Source: an uncultured delta proteobacterium | GTDB taxonomy: Bacteria > Desulfobacterota > Syntrophobacteria > BM002 | DNA: 64,000 nucleotides | NCBI GenBank assembly: GCA_963712115.1 | Contig: CAVQGX010000032.1 | Span: forward strand, 96,001-160,000 | Direction of reading: 5' to 3' | In this document: positions 50,629-59,707 of the stretch, piece by piece | Layout of the letters: each line of letters opens with the position of its first letter | Position numbering within the stretch: the stretch's first letter is position 1 | The notes under the pieces: generated by a model | Seen by the model: the letters and a program-made list of their open reading frames with translations, nothing else | What the model was told of the DNA's origin: nothing | The model's database searches: none | Program-made: the position numbers and the translations under genes

Positions 50629-51294
50629 ATGCGTTTTGCCCTATGCGCTCTTGTCGCCCTTTTCGCCTTTCTCGCCTTTACAGCTCACTCTGCTGGACCC
50701 TCCTCCGAGCTCATTGCAAAAATTCAGAAAGAATACGACCAGACCCACTCTTTAAGGGCCGACTTTCTTCAGAAAACTCGTTCACGGGCTGCAAGCATGG
50801 GTACATCAGCCAGCGGCAGACTTTTTTTTCTCAAGCCTCGTGCCATACGCTGGGACTATGAGCAGCCCAGGCAGCAATTTGTCATAAATGAAGATAAGGC
50901 CTGGTTATATGTCCCGGAAGAAAAGACAATATACCTCTACGATGCTGATCAGATCATCAATTCCCCTGTAGTACTAAGTTTTTTCTCTGGCTTGGGACAG
51001 TTGGGAGAGATGTTCAGCATCACCCAGCTCCCCACTGAATCTGGGCCACCCCCACGTCACAGGTTGCTACTATTGCCTCGGGAAGCTGAATCGCCGGTTT
51101 CCCAGATTACCCTCTGGGTAGATCCCCACTCCTACCAGGTGGTCGGTATCCAAACCGAAGACCCTTTGGGCAACATCAATGAGATAACCTTCACCAATAT
51201 CCAGATGAACCCGCCGTTGGAAACCTCTTGGTTTGCTCTGGAAGTGCCCGAGGGAGTCAGGCTGGAGCGCCAGGAAGGTCTGCCTACAGAGTAA
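50629..51294 (+). CDS. lolA: Outer membrane lipoprotein carrier LolA
   Basis: Follows ftsK; ADFLQ, G..F.KP..RWDY, WLY.P motifs; signal peptide. Confidence 0.85.
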   Translation: MRFALCALVALFAFLAFTAHSAGPSSELIAKIQKEYDQTHSLRADFLQKTRSRAASMGTSASGRLFFLKPRAIRWDYEQPRQQFVINEDKAWLYVPEEKTIYLYDADQIINSPVVLSFFSGLGQLGEMFSITQLPTESGPPPRHRLLLLPREAESPVSQITLWVDPHSYQVVGIQTEDPLGNINEITFTNIQMNPPLETSWFALEVPEGVRLERQEGLPTE

Positions 51295-51310
51295 AACGCT
51301 TCGTCTGGAA

Positions 51311-51391
51311 GCCCTTCCACAAGACCTGCCAGCGAGGAGTTCATCGGAGACTGAGTCAACCTTAGTTCATCGACAGGTCTTGTCGAAGGGC
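51311..51391. repeat. Long imperfect palindrome (REP-like) after lolA
   Basis: GCCCTTCCACAAGACCTG...CAGGTCTTGTCGAAGGGC. Confidence 0.7.
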
Positions 51392-51409
51392 AGCCTGCTG
51401 CCCGCTGCC

Positions 51410-51438
51410 TTGACACCCTAAACACTTACCCCTAGAAT
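51410..51438 (+). promoter_or_regulatory. sigma70 promoter
   Basis: TTGACA-17 nt-TAGAAT. Confidence 0.65.
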
Positions 51439-51560
51439 GTTACTCGAATTGCATTGACTGAGCTAAAAATAGGTTCCCGGTTTTCAAAAAGATTATAAGT
51501 ATTACAAACAATTGCCCTTGCCACCGCAGTTGATTTGGTGGCTGGGGCGGGAAGCTTGTC

Positions 51561-51989
51561 ATGGACACCGATAAAATCTTAGAAAAACTAATGAGGTGGC
51601 TCGCCGATCCCAAGGGAAGGGAAATGTTCAAGACTATTGTCTACCTGATCATCCCACTGTTTCTCCTCATAGGACTCCGCAATATTGCACGCCGCCGACC
51701 GGTTGAGAAAACTTCTACTACCATAGATCCCAGAATTCGCCCTTCCTCCTATGAAGGTTTGAGAGGGACCGAGAGCCTTGGGGAGACCCAGGCCAAAGAG
51801 CAGAAAAAGATTGATCAAGAGCTGCAACAAGTATTTGGTCGCAAGGACACTGTTATGGCAAGAGCCAGAAAAGAGTTCAGCAAATCCACTGCAGAAAAGC
51901 CAGCGGCTCCTTCTGAATCTCTCCCGTCTGATGAAAAAAACATCCTCCAAGAAGAGCTGCTCAAACTGTTTATGCGCCGGCAAAAGTAA
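51561..51989 (+). CDS. Hypothetical single-pass membrane protein
   Basis: One TM segment (IVYLIIPLFLLIGL) then a charged region; has its own promoter. Confidence 0.7.
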   Translation: MDTDKILEKLMRWLADPKGREMFKTIVYLIIPLFLLIGLRNIARRRPVEKTSTTIDPRIRPSSYEGLRGTESLGETQAKEQKKIDQELQQVFGRKDTVMARARKEFSKSTAEKPAAPSESLPSDEKNILQEELLKLFMRRQK

Positions 51990-52009
51990 AGAATCCAGGC
52001 CCAATGGTA

Positions 52010-52121
52010 TTTAAGATTTAAGATTGCAGAATGAAGACTTCGGAATCTCATGACTACTGCAATTCACCATGGGTAAATCTAAAATCTACAATCTAAAATC
52101 TGCAATCTAAAATCTGCAATC
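52010..52121. repeat. Inverted heptamer array
   Basis: AGATTTA/AGATTGC arm versus AAATCTA/CAATCTA/AAATCTG arm. Confidence 0.8.
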
Positions 52122-52261
52122 TTTTGAGCTCTGACCTGGCTCAGAGTACCAAGCTTTCTAAGATTGAATAAACCCTGCCAGATTATATTTGGTTAACAGC
52201 CCGGCACTTCTTGACAACACCGTCCTCGAAACAGGAAGGTAAGCTTTCAAAAAGTCCCTAG

Positions 52262-52584
52262 CCCGGATGTTTCATGAATTGGTGTCACGAGACCACGAAG
52301 ATGGGCGTGCCACCGGGTAGACGATTGCGGATTGCGGAATGCGGATTGAAAATTTGCTGAAAAGCTCGTGAGAACCAGAGAAAAAACGGCGAAATCTGAA
52401 CTGCTAAGTTCGATATCATCTAATCAAAAATCCGAGATCCGAAATCCAAAATCGAAGTCGAGGCTTACCTGAATGGTACCTCGCAGGGTGAACTTGTCCT
52501 GAGCGTAGCCGAAGGAACGCCCGAGGACGCACGGAAGGACGGCCATATCCGTGGTCGTAGTAAGCGATTCATGAAACATCCGGG
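52262..52584 (+). mobile_element. MITE family A copy invaded by a heptamer array and a palindromic insert
   Basis: TIRs with CTAG on both sides; inserts at ~52322-52456 and ~52487-52516. Confidence 0.85.
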
Positions 52585-52590
52585 CTAGTA

Positions 52591-52606
52591 TGGAACACGA
52601 TTTGCA
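52591..52606 (+). promoter_or_regulatory. Candidate sigma54 promoter
   Basis: TGGAACACGATTTGCA, GG-N10-GC. Confidence 0.45.
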
Positions 52607-52743
52607 TGTTCTGTCCCTGCGTGGCTGAGCAGAACCGGCCGTTTTTTGAATTGATTAGGCAAAAATTTTTATGATAAACTACGGCAAGTTAAGGGCCGGA
52701 GGGTAAAAGATAAGTAGAATTAAATGGTTATAATGGGGTTCCT

Positions 52744-53694
52744 ATGAAGGTTAAATTTTGGGGTGTGCGAGGATCTCTGCCAGCACCCATCGCTCCGACA
52801 GAGATTGAAAACAAGATAGTACTGGCTCTGCGCGGTGCTAGGGGCTTAGACCTGGATGATACCCGATCGGTAAAGAATTACGTCAAATCCCTCCCCTATC
52901 ATCAACGAACTACCACCGGTGGCAACACTTCTTGCGTGGAAGTGCAGGGCGAGAATACTGAGATTATTCTTGACGCCGGCTCCGGCATTCGTCAGCTTGG
53001 TATCGACCTCATGCAGGGTCCTTGTGGGCAGGGACAGGGCATAATTCACCTGTTGATCAGCCACACTCACTGGGACCACATTATGGGTTTTCCTTTTTTT
53101 ACCCCTGCCTACGCCCCTGGCAACCAGATCATTATTTACAGCCGCCACCCGCGGATCAAGGAACGTTTTCAGGACCAGCATCATCCGGACCATTTTCCGG
53201 TGAGTCTGGAAACAATGTCAGCCGATCTTCAATTTGTCCAACTTGGAGAAGGAGCCAAGGTAAACATTGGAGAATTCACGGTTAGCAGTATCCCCCTGCG
53301 ACATCCGGGCGGCTCCTACTCTTACAAGATCGAGCAAAACGGGCGAGCTTTTGTTTATGCCACTGATGCTGAATACAAAGGCCTTCGTCCGAAGGCGTTG
53401 GAGCAATATATTGATTTTTACACTGACAGTGAGGCGCTAGTCTTCGACGCCCAGTTCACTCTCGAGGACGCCATGGAAAAGGAGGGCTGGGGCCACAGTT
53501 CCTCCATGGTGGGCGTTGACATCGCCTTGAAAGCGAAAATAAGACGATTAATTCTCTTCCACCACGAACCCTCCTACAGTGATGAGAAACTTGAGGAGAT
53601 TTTCGACAAAACCATCCGTTACTATGAGACGATAAAGGGCAACCTCAACCTAGAAATCATCCTCGCCCGGGAGGGTTTGGAAATGGAAATTTAG
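52744..53694 (+). CDS. MBL-fold metallo-hydrolase (phosphodiesterase-like)
   Basis: FWGVRGS, GGNTSCV, DAGSG, HTHWDH, WGHSS and FHHEP motifs. Confidence 0.9.
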   Translation: MKVKFWGVRGSLPAPIAPTEIENKIVLALRGARGLDLDDTRSVKNYVKSLPYHQRTTTGGNTSCVEVQGENTEIILDAGSGIRQLGIDLMQGPCGQGQGIIHLLISHTHWDHIMGFPFFTPAYAPGNQIIIYSRHPRIKERFQDQHHPDHFPVSLETMSADLQFVQLGEGAKVNIGEFTVSSIPLRHPGGSYSYKIEQNGRAFVYATDAEYKGLRPKALEQYIDFYTDSEALVFDAQFTLEDAMEKEGWGHSSSMVGVDIALKAKIRRLILFHHEPSYSDEKLEEIFDKTIRYYETIKGNLNLEIILAREGLEMEI

Positions 53695-53698
53695 CTAC

Positions 53699-54517
53699 AT
53701 GGTCGAATCAGGCAACAAGGTACTTCCCGTCTCAGAAACCCTACAGCCCTTTGCAGAAAACTCCATCCCCTTTTATAGATTTCATCTTCTCAGCCGATTT
53801 GCGGAATTAGAACACATCGTTTTCACTCGACTGGGGGGGGCCAGCCTGCCACCTTTCGCCAGTCTCAATGTGAGTTATGATACCGGGGACGAGGCCCGGA
53901 GGGTCAGAGAAAATCTAAACCGGATACGGAATGCCACTGATTGTTCTTCCTTTATCTATGCCAGACAAAGCCACAGCAGCAATCTTGTGGTACTGCGCCA
54001 GTATCCTCACTTTGACCCGCAAGTGGATTACCCCCTCCACGGTAAGGATGGCTTTTTTACCCAGTTGACAGGCCTGCTCATGATGATCAAGGTAGCAGAC
54101 TGTCAGGCAATCCTACTTTACGATCCAGCAAGGAAGGTGGCAGGTATAATCCATGCGGGGTGGCGTGGGAGCGTCAAAAATATTCCAGGTAAAGCTATTC
54201 AACTTATGGTGGCACAGTACAACTGCAACCCCCCTGATATAATTGCCGGGGTTGGGCCTTCCCTTGGCCCATGCTGTTCTGAGTTTCGTAACTGGCAAAA
54301 TGAACTCCCGCCTAACTTCTCTCGATTTCAAGTGAGTGCGAATCACTTCGACTTCTGGGCAATCACCCAGCTCCAACTTATAGAATCTGGGGTGCTGAGA
54401 GAAAACATTGAGATCGCTGGGCTTTGCACCAAGTGTCACCCTGAGGTCTTTTACTCTTACCGGGGTGAGGGCAAGACAGGCCGTTTCGCTGTGGCCGTGG
54501 GCATCAAGGATATTTAG
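53699..54517 (+). CDS. pgeF: Peptidoglycan editing factor PgeF (YfiH/laccase domain)
   Basis: FTRLGG, ADC, IHAGWRG, GPSLGPCC and FYSYR motifs. Confidence 0.88.
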   Translation: MVESGNKVLPVSETLQPFAENSIPFYRFHLLSRFAELEHIVFTRLGGASLPPFASLNVSYDTGDEARRVRENLNRIRNATDCSSFIYARQSHSSNLVVLRQYPHFDPQVDYPLHGKDGFFTQLTGLLMMIKVADCQAILLYDPARKVAGIIHAGWRGSVKNIPGKAIQLMVAQYNCNPPDIIAGVGPSLGPCCSEFRNWQNELPPNFSRFQVSANHFDFWAITQLQLIESGVLRENIEIAGLCTKCHPEVFYSYRGEGKTGRFAVAVGIKDI

Positions 54518-54599
54518 CAATCAAAGGTTAAAAGCACCACAAAGCTCACATGGGATATGCCTCGAAGCGCATATGGAGCCAAGCACAGAGCGTTAGAGT

Positions 54600-54838
54600 T
54601 AGGGAGCCAGGAGCCAGGAGTCAGAATTCAGGAGAAAAGCAATCAAGATTGTGACCTCTCAACTACTTGCTAATGGCTACTTGCTACTGGCTACTCGCTA
54701 CTGTATTCTTTGATTGCGGATTTGGGATTTCAAAAGGCGAAATCCACGACTGAAACCGGGAACCCGCCCGAAGGGGTGGGAGTCCGAAGGACAAATTCGC
54801 ATTAGCATTTCGCAATTCGAAATTCGCAATTCGAAATC
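54600..54838. repeat. Two adjacent heptamer arrays with a 43-bp palindromic insert
   Basis: GGAGCCA x2/GGAGTCA versus GCTACTK runs; ATTCGCA/ATTCGAA run; insert at 54752-54794. Confidence 0.75.
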
Positions 54839-54976
54839 TTGACACCATGCCTTTCAATTGACGCCCTTTGGGTCAATCGTGTTATTTGTGGTAATTGCTA
54901 GAATCTTTCTGTGGGCTTTGCCCTTAAACGTGTTAATCTATTGTCTTAATTTCGTGACTTTTTACTGAATTATTCT

Positions 54977-55789
54977 ATGTTTTTACGTAATGCTCAAATA
55001 CTTTTCAACAAGCCCGTGAGTGCCGAGCTCTACCACGTGGGATTACTGTGCCCTGACATTGCGGCCAGCATCCAGCCAGGGCAGTTCCTTATGGTCAGGA
55101 TCCAAGACAGCTTCGACCCCTTACTTCGACGTCCTTTTGCCGTACATCGATTATATCCAAATGATCCTCCTGGCTCTTTTGAGATGCTCTACAAAGTAGT
55201 TGGTAGGGGCACTCGACTTCTCACCAAAATGCACCCCGGTGAGTCCTTGAATCTCCTCGGCCCCCTCGGTCGAGGTTTCCGCCTTCCCGACGACAAGGGA
55301 TTTGTCTTAATGGTTGCTGGAGGTATAGGCATTGCCCCCCTACCCTATCTGGCAGAAACCCTTGCCGCATCTGGTCACAAGGGTCCGTTCGTCCTATGGT
55401 TTGGGGGCAAAACCTCTGCCGATTTAGTCTGTATCCAACATTTCAAGGATCTGGGTTTTGTGGTGCAATTGGTCACCGAAGACGGCAGCAAAGGAGGAAA
55501 AGGGTTGGTCACTGACCACCTTGAACAGTGGTTGAGCCAGCAGGATGAATTACCCAAAGTTATTTATTCCTGCGGTCCTTACCCTATGCAACGTTTAGTG
55601 GCAGAGATGGCTGCACGGTTGGGGATTTCTTCTCAGCTCTCCATGGAGGCCTTAATGGGCTGTGGTGTTGGGGCTTGCTTGAGCTGTTCCCTCAGGTGCC
55701 GTCCGCCGCAGGGTGCTCAAGGTCCTCACTATGCAAATGTGTGCCAGGATGGACCGGTATTTGACGGAAAGGAGATAGTCTGGGATTGA
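54977..55789 (+). CDS. pyrK: Dihydroorotate dehydrogenase electron transfer subunit
   Basis: PGQF, LRRPF, GPLGRGF, GGIGIAP, CGP and MGCGVGACLSC...VCQDGPVF. Confidence 0.93.
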   Translation: MFLRNAQILFNKPVSAELYHVGLLCPDIAASIQPGQFLMVRIQDSFDPLLRRPFAVHRLYPNDPPGSFEMLYKVVGRGTRLLTKMHPGESLNLLGPLGRGFRLPDDKGFVLMVAGGIGIAPLPYLAETLAASGHKGPFVLWFGGKTSADLVCIQHFKDLGFVVQLVTEDGSKGGKGLVTDHLEQWLSQQDELPKVIYSCGPYPMQRLVAEMAARLGISSQLSMEALMGCGVGACLSCSLRCRPPQGAQGPHYANVCQDGPVFDGKEIVWD

Positions 55790-56029
55790 CCCCGTCTAAA
55801 GACAGCTGCAGATTCCAACTCGCAGCTATTTAAGCTGATCACTGTGAAATATGTACCTTTGACACAAAAGACTTTAAACACTATAAAAGCTACAAAAGCT
55901 ATAAAGACTAGAAAAGTGAGAAGCGGAACCATAACTGCAAAAACCCTTGTATTCCGGCACTTTCTGGCCTTTCACTCCTTTCTCGCTTATACTAGGAGCT
56001 CATGATTTGCGCAGTGTGGGTTTGATCTA

Positions 56030-56959
56030 ATGGCCAATGATAGCCCAATTAGCTTAGCAGTCGAGCTCGGGCCGCTGAGGTTAAAAAATCCAGTAATGGT
56101 AGCCTCGGGTACCTTTGGCTACGGGCAGGAATACGGTGCCCTGGTGCCACCCGAAAAGTTAGGTGGGGTGGTGGTAAAGGGAATCTCACTGGAACCCCGG
56201 TCCGGCAATCCGCCTCCTCGTATATGGGAGACTTGCGGGGGCATGCTTAACTCAATCGGTTTGCAAAATGTCGGTCTTCGAGCTTTTCTGGAAGAGAAAC
56301 TTCCCTGGCTCAGACCGTTGCAAGTACCTGTGATAGTCAATCTATTCGGCAATACCGTAGAAGAGTATGGGGAGTTGGCAGCAGGACTGGACGGCCATGA
56401 GGGTATCGACGCACTGGAGATCAACATATCCTGTCCAAATGTCAAGGCGGGGGGGATGGCATTTGGCTCGAACCCTGAAATGGTATTCCAGGTGGTATCC
56501 GCAGTTAGATCTAGAACTAACCTACCAGTGATTACCAAGCTTACCCCAAACGTCACTGACATAACCGTTCCTGCCAAGGCAGCCGAGGATGCCGGCACCG
56601 ATATTCTCTCACTGATCAATACAGTTGCCGGCATGGCGGTTGATGCTCAAAAACGGAGGCCTCGACTGGCCAATGTGGTTGGGGGACTTTCTGGGCCAGC
56701 CATCAAACCCATCGCCCTAAGAATGGTTTGGCAAGTAATACAGGCAAGCAATGTGCCGGTTATCGGGCTGGGAGGAATAGTCTCTGTGGAAGACGCCCTT
56801 GAATTCTTGATCGTCGGGGCCAAAGCTATTCAGGTTGGCACTGCCAATTTCGTCAATCCACAGGTTACTCTGGAAATTATCTCCGGTTTGGAAGATTATC
56901 TCCGCAAGCAGGGACTCAGAGACATCAATGAGATAATCGGCACCCTTGAGATCACCTAG
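56030..56959 (+). CDS. pyrD: Dihydroorotate dehydrogenase, family 1B catalytic subunit
   Basis: [26 protein letters not shown] and [10 protein letters not shown] motifs. Confidence 0.96.
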   Translation: MANDSPISLAVELGPLRLKNPVMVASGTFGYGQEYGALVPPEKLGGVVVKGISLEPRSGNPPPRIWETCGGMLNSIGLQNVGLRAFLEEKLPWLRPLQVPVIVNLFGNTVEEYGELAAGLDGHEGIDALEINISCPNVKAGGMAFGSNPEMVFQVVSAVRSRTNLPVITKLTPNVTDITVPAKAAEDAGTDILSLINTVAGMAVDAQKRRPRLANVVGGLSGPAIKPIALRMVWQVIQASNVPVIGLGGIVSVEDALEFLIVGAKAIQVGTANFVNPQVTLEIISGLEDYLRKQGLRDINEIIGTLEIT

Positions 56960-57030
56960 AATTAGCACTACTCAAGAAGATTAGTCCGAGGTTCATCGTC
57001 TAGGTCCAAGTGCCAAGTTCCTAGTTCCCT

Positions 57031-57061
57031 AAAAAGCAGCCCGCTAAGCGGGCTGCTTTTT
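57031..57061. terminator. Bidirectional intrinsic terminator between pyrD and selB
   Basis: Perfect AAAAAGCAGCCCGC-TAA-GCGGGCTGCTTTTT, overlapping the last selB codons. Confidence 0.8.
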
Positions 57062-58969
57062 CTGCCTCAAACGGCGGACATCTCCAACCCTTATGGTAAA
57101 TCGAGTAGCATCCAAAAACTCCAGAAGTGGAATAGTGTATTTGCGACTGGTTTGCGTCAGCTCTTTGAACTGTGGAGTCGTTATTTCTTCCTGTTCCTCA
57201 AATAAATCCAGCAGCTGTTGCTTGAGCTCATCCAGGGCTCCGTAGTGGAAATACATATCCTCTTTAACTTTGATCAGTAACCCCTGCTCCAACATCCAAG
57301 AGAGTATTTGTCGGGCTTCGCTATCTGGGACTCCAAGGGAGTGGGCTACCTCGCGGAAGAATGGCGGTTGCAGGCTTGCCTCTCGATAGATTGATTCTAT
57401 CTTCTCTCGCACCTCATCTTGCTTTCCCGCAAGTGCTATCTGATGAGAGGAGAGTCGCACCAGATCTTTTTCTTGAATGATCTCACCTTGGCGGGCCAAC
57501 CGCTGAATTAGTTCATTGCAAAGCTTGCCATCAGCTCCTCGGGGCAAGCGTCCGAACAATTCTTCTTTGTTAATCCCTGCCCGTAAAGGCTCTTTGCGGT
57601 GGAAATCATCCAGGTGGCCCAGCAGTAGTTGCCTGAGCTTCTCAAAAGCTTCCTGGTGCACGAATCTGGGATTTTCCCGATCAAATTGGATCACCTTGCC
57701 TCGGCTCATCATGTCCTGAAGCAAACCACGGAGCTCCTTCTGGGTGATATTGGCCAGCATGCTCAAAGCCCTCTCGCCAATCCCCCCAGGTCCCGCTTCT
57801 TTAAGGTAGAGGTCTACCATCTTGTCGGGCTCTCCTCTCTCCAGCACCGCTAGAGCCTCTAGGGTCTCGCCGACCATCCTTCTGCGCTTCTTCGGGATGG
57901 GATGCAATATCTGACCACCGCCAATGGTATGCATAGGTGAATAGCTTCGCAGAACAAAACGATCCCCATTGCGGACAACCACCTGCTTATCTAATCTCAC
58001 CTGGGCATAACCTCTGCTACCGGGCCTCAGCTCATTGGCGTCCAGAAGTATCAGGGTGCCGATTATCTCACTGGTTCCGGTGTGGAAGCGAACCTTAGCC
58101 CTGTTTTTCAATACCCGAGGAGCGTTCTCTAGGTGCTGCAACCGCACGTCAACCATATACGAGGAAACCAGGCTTTCTGGAGTTGCCAAAACATTGCCTC
58201 GCTCAAGAGCTGCCTTTTCTAAGCCTTGCAGATTAATCGCTGTGCGCTGGCCACTGACGGCTTCCTTTACCTCCCGATTGTGCACCTGAATTCCACGCAC
58301 CTTGGTCTTGAGCATCTGAGGATAGACTAGGAGGGTGTCCCCAGTCTCAGTTTTACCTGAGATGGCTGTACCTGTTACTACTGTGCCAAATCCCTTCATG
58401 GTGAAAACTCGGTCTACTGCTAGGCGGAAGTCCCCGCTACTCGGGCGGGCCTCCACTGATTCACTCAGTATCTGCAACCTTTCTAACAACTGCTCAAGAC
58501 CTTCGCCGGTTGCAGCCGAAACCGGAATTATCGGCGCGGAAGAGAGAAAAGTTCCCTGCAGGAAATCACGGATATCTTCCTGTACCAGATCCAACCAATC
58601 GGGATCCTCTACAAGATCAGTCTTGGTTAGGACCACCAGTCCCTGCTTTACTTTGAGAAGTTCGCATATCTCGAGGTGTTCTCGAGTCTGGGGCATAACC
58701 CCCTCGTCAGCCGCTACAACTAGAGCTACTATATCTATCCCTGTCGCCCCTGCCACCATGTGTCGTACGAATTTCTCATGACCAGGCACATCAACAATAC
58801 CAAGCTCCTGACCGTTGGGAAGTGTGAGATGGGCAAAGCCTAACTCAATGGTTATACCCCTCTCCTTTTCTTCTTTAAGGCGATCGGTGTCGATCCCAGA
58901 GAGGGCCTTGATCAAAGTAGTTTTCCCGTGGTCAATGTGTCCAGCCGTACCCAGGATAATTTGTTTCAT
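57044..58969 (-). CDS. selB: Selenocysteine-specific elongation factor
   Basis: [26 protein letters not shown] and C-terminal winged helices ([13 protein letters not shown]). Confidence 0.97.
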   Translation of the reverse strand: MKQIILGTAGHIDHGKTTLIKALSGIDTDRLKEEKERGITIELGFAHLTLPNGQELGIVDVPGHEKFVRHMVAGATGIDIVALVVAADEGVMPQTREHLEICELLKVKQGLVVLTKTDLVEDPDWLDLVQEDIRDFLQGTFLSSAPIIPVSAATGEGLEQLLERLQILSESVEARPSSGDFRLAVDRVFTMKGFGTVVTGTAISGKTETGDTLLVYPQMLKTKVRGIQVHNREVKEAVSGQRTAINLQGLEKAALERGNVLATPESLVSSYMVDVRLQHLENAPRVLKNRAKVRFHTGTSEIIGTLILLDANELRPGSRGYAQVRLDKQVVVRNGDRFVLRSYSPMHTIGGGQILHPIPKKRRRMVGETLEALAVLERGEPDKMVDLYLKEAGPGGIGERALSMLANITQKELRGLLQDMMSRGKVIQFDRENPRFVHQEAFEKLRQLLLGHLDDFHRKEPLRAGINKEELFGRLPRGADGKLCNELIQRLARQGEIIQEKDLVRLSSHQIALAGKQDEVREKIESIYREASLQPPFFREVAHSLGVPDSEARQILSWMLEQGLLIKVKEDMYFHYGALDELKQQLLDLFEEQEEITTPQFKELTQTSRKYTIPLLEFLDATRFTIRVGDVRRLRQKKQPA

Positions 58970-59181
58970 TAACTGCTTCTCCCCTGTCGCCACTTATCAA
59001 ATACATACCAATAGTAAAGGGTAACCGCTAAACCGCAAGAGCCATCCCTTTCATGCTTCTCTCTGCCAACCCTTGAAAATAGATAGAATGAATATATTAG
59101 GCAAAGATTATAGAGCGAAGGGCATAGAGTTTTAATTTCGATATTCAAAATCCGCAATCCGAAATATTTTAGCTCCATGCA

Positions 59182-59646
59182 CTATGCTTCATTCAGATGC
59201 TTGATCATGTAGGTAAAAACCCCTGTGGCCAGCAACACCCCGTCTTCTGAGGAAATCTCCACCTGGCAGACAGCGATTTGCCGTCCACAGTGCACTACTC
59301 TGCCACGGGCTACTAGATCTCCTCCCCTGGCTGGCCTCAAAAAATTCAACTTGAACTCCACCGTCGGAATCACCACCTTTAGAGGATCAGTCAGCACTGA
59401 GTAAAGGGAAACACCGCCTGCCACATCCGCCAGCACCCCCAAAATACCGCCCTGTAACAACCCCATGGAGTTGCGCAATTCTTCCCGGTGCTGCAAAATG
59501 AGCGTAGCCTCGCCGCTGGTCACCTCCCTCAGTCCAATGGACATGAACTTCACTATGGGATTGTTTGCCAACTTAGCTGCGATCCCATCTTTCTGAAGCT
59601 TGGTCAGTTCCCCCTTACCGCGGCCAGATCCCATTTTTCCATCCAT
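59182..59646 (-). CDS. PaaI family thioesterase (hotdog fold)
   Basis: NSMGLLQGG..LAD, TVEFKLNFLRP, GRQIAV. Confidence 0.9.
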   Translation of the reverse strand: MDGKMGSGRGKGELTKLQKDGIAAKLANNPIVKFMSIGLREVTSGEATLILQHREELRNSMGLLQGGILGVLADVAGGVSLYSVLTDPLKVVIPTVEFKLNFLRPARGGDLVARGRVVHCGRQIAVCQVEISSEDGVLLATGVFTYMIKHLNEA

Positions 59647-59707
59647 CCTATTAATTTCACATTTTATGACCTAATGACGGCTAAGCCGAGCGACTCTTTT
59701 CTGCTTG

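Noticed and set aside
57031-57061. SECIS-like autoregulatory hairpin at the end of selB
   Set aside because: A perfect palindrome with A/T tails between convergent genes fits a bidirectional terminator; no in-frame UGA.
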